In this document: in pieces, positions 62,031 through 64,000 of the stretch
Layout of the letters: each line of letters begins with the position of its first letter
How positions within the stretch are numbered: the first letter of the stretch is position 1
DNA from: Takakia lepidozioides
Lineage: Eukaryota > Plantae > Bryophyta
Reading direction: 5' to 3'
DNA: 64,000 nt
Assembly (NCBI GenBank): GCA_030704615.1
Contig: CM060732.1
Coordinates: forward strand, 82,770,001-82,834,000
Position numbers and translations under genes: made by a program
Notes under the pieces: model-generated
The model's database searches: none
What the model was told of the DNA's origin: nothing
The model's input: only the letters and a program-made list of their open reading frames with translations

Positions 62031-63289
62031 TCAGTAAATTCACTGGACGTTAAAGAAACTTTATCTTTATCTTCTTTGAAAACGACCACAGTAACAAATT
62101 GACTGAACCTGCCAAGGACGAAATTCAGAACCTCATTGAAGGTAAAGAACCTTAGAGAAAGTGAAGTCCTATTGGCCTGGCTAACTGTCATGATTGTCAC
62201 CATCATTTTTGTTTCTCAAAGTGGTTCTGTTTGCAGGATAGACCTAATCTGCAGAATCTTGACTAGTTGATGTTTGGACATCGTTTGTAACTATCCCTGG
62301 AGTGGTGTCAATAAGTTAGAACATTTCCATTATGTATGAATGGGGGATGGATGGTTGCAGGTACATTTGCGGTTGAAGCATGTTTCCAACATGGACCAAA
62401 ATCCCAGTGCTGGCATTGTATCCCATGGCTGTTGCTGGGGTAGCTGTGCTGGACAATGTGCTGGGCTGGCATTGAAGGATAATCGTTCATTGTTGTCATG
62501 TGTAAGTGTCTGGGTTTTCACTATGACTCCCCCAATCACCTTCATTATTCACCACCCCGAGCATGTCCACACTGAATGAAGTACACAGAATGCCTGACAT
62601 TTTGGGTGCTGAATTTTACACGATGAGAATGATCACCTTCTCAGAGGATTATATTTTGTGTCAAATGGGTGATGTGAGTTTGTGCTGCTCGCTAAGCTGG
62701 CGCACTAGCACGGCATTAGCCAAGCAGGTTGCTTGGGGTGGGTGTCAGACCAGAGGAAAAGGAGAAAAATTACAGCCGTGGTCCCTGTTTGAGCTGAGAG
62801 TTATGTGGTTGTCGAAAGCAGTACACAAGGTAGATAAGAAAACCTTGGGTCTTTTAATATCTAGACTACAGGCCAGCAAACCGCAGATTTGAAGATGGGA
62901 CTGGAAAAATATGATTACTGCAAGCATGAAAATGATCTTCTTTCTCTTCTTAGTCTACGGTCCACATGCTCATGAGAAATGCACAATTGACAGAATGAGG
63001 GTTACCCTGTGTGCATCATTGCAGGTGCACCTTAGCCTCAGATTTATGCAATTGCATCTACTTACCTTTATCTCTCTGCAAAAGATGAGAAATGAAAGTA
63101 TATATCAGATTCTGAAAGAAGGTTTGAACACAATTCACTTGGATAATACTGTAGATGGTCCTCTGCCTGACCATAAAAGTCAGTTAAAACCTCGGTTTCC
63201 ACTCAGACGGAGATTCACTGGGATATTTTCTCTACCTAAGGGCAGGGCCAACAAACTACCAAACTTAATAATATATTGATCCATGCCTC

Positions 63290-64000
63290 TGAATCGGTGC
63301 GGATATCAATATATGAAGCGAGACGTTCGTTTGTTTGTTTTGTAGTGTAGCATAGCGAGACGTTTGTTTGTTTTGTAGTGTAGCATAGCGTCGTTGAGAT
63401 CTCCCAAACCGCGGGCCCCACTCTGGGTGCTTGGCTACATTGAAAGGTGAGGAGGTGAGGAGGGGTGCACGCGCTTGGTCTCATGATTTTTAGACAAGCG
63501 GTGTGGGAGATCTGGAATTTCAAGTGCTTTGGGTCGTTGGAAATTCGAGAAAAATAACAAAGTGGGTTTCCTGGAGCAATGATTGGTCCTTCATGTGGGA
63601 GATTTGGAATTTCAAGTACTTTTGGTCGTTGGAAATTCACAAAAAATAGCAAAGTGGATATATCGATATATGAAGCCTCGAGGGGGGAGATTGCAAAAAT
63701 AGCTAAGTGGACACATTGGGGATTGCAGTAGTGGGTGGAGGTCACACTTGGGCCTCTACATGGGAGATGCACTTGGATACATGAATAGAAGATTGCACTT
63801 AGGCTTCGATTTCAATTTTTCACACATGGGCCAATGACATAGGTTACACTAGAGGTCGCACTTGGGCCTCAACATAGGAGACGCACTGGGATACATAAGA
63901 AATTGCACTTGGTCTCAGATGACAGTGGACACTTGGGCATCTACATGGGAGATGCACTTGGATACATAAAAGATTGCACACTGCGCTTAGATAGGCCTCG
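63290..64000 (-). repeat. Dispersed repeat copy 2 (inverted relative to 3921-4790), running off the window end
   Basis: Reverse-complement similarity along its length to 3921-4790. Confidence 0.8.

Overview
Eukaryotic nuclear DNA from a land plant, probably a non-seed lineage (inferred from gene content and TE types). It has GT-AG spliced genes mixed with many nested transposons. Genes reconstructed by hand: 3' part of an epsilon-type 14-3-3; a disrupted F-box/kelch-like gene; a 6-exon METTL7-like methyltransferase that the ORF track misses; a zinc-ribbon/RING-H2 E3 ligase; a PLS-PPR gene with three N-terminal OSB-type PDF motifs and an eroded DYW domain; a two-RRM Gly-rich hnRNP; a 6-exon secreted class-3 lipase resembling fungal Atg15; TMEM258/OST5 head-to-head with RPS24; COX17; and a split, half-inverted NCL Na+/Ca2+ exchanger pseudogene. 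Mobile DNA includes hAT, PIF/Harbinger, Mutator-like and TTAA-flanked piggyBac-like elements, two tRNA-derived SINE families and LINE remnants. The most unusual features are (1) an array of nine regularly spaced 26-bp palindromes beside a ParB/Srx-like ORF in a TTAA-ended element (a parS/ParB-like arrangement), and (2) the fusion of ssDNA-binding PDF motifs with PPR and DYW domains. All homology calls come from motif recognition, not database searches. Coordinates were counted by hand and may be off by a few bases. Frameshifts could be assembly errors.
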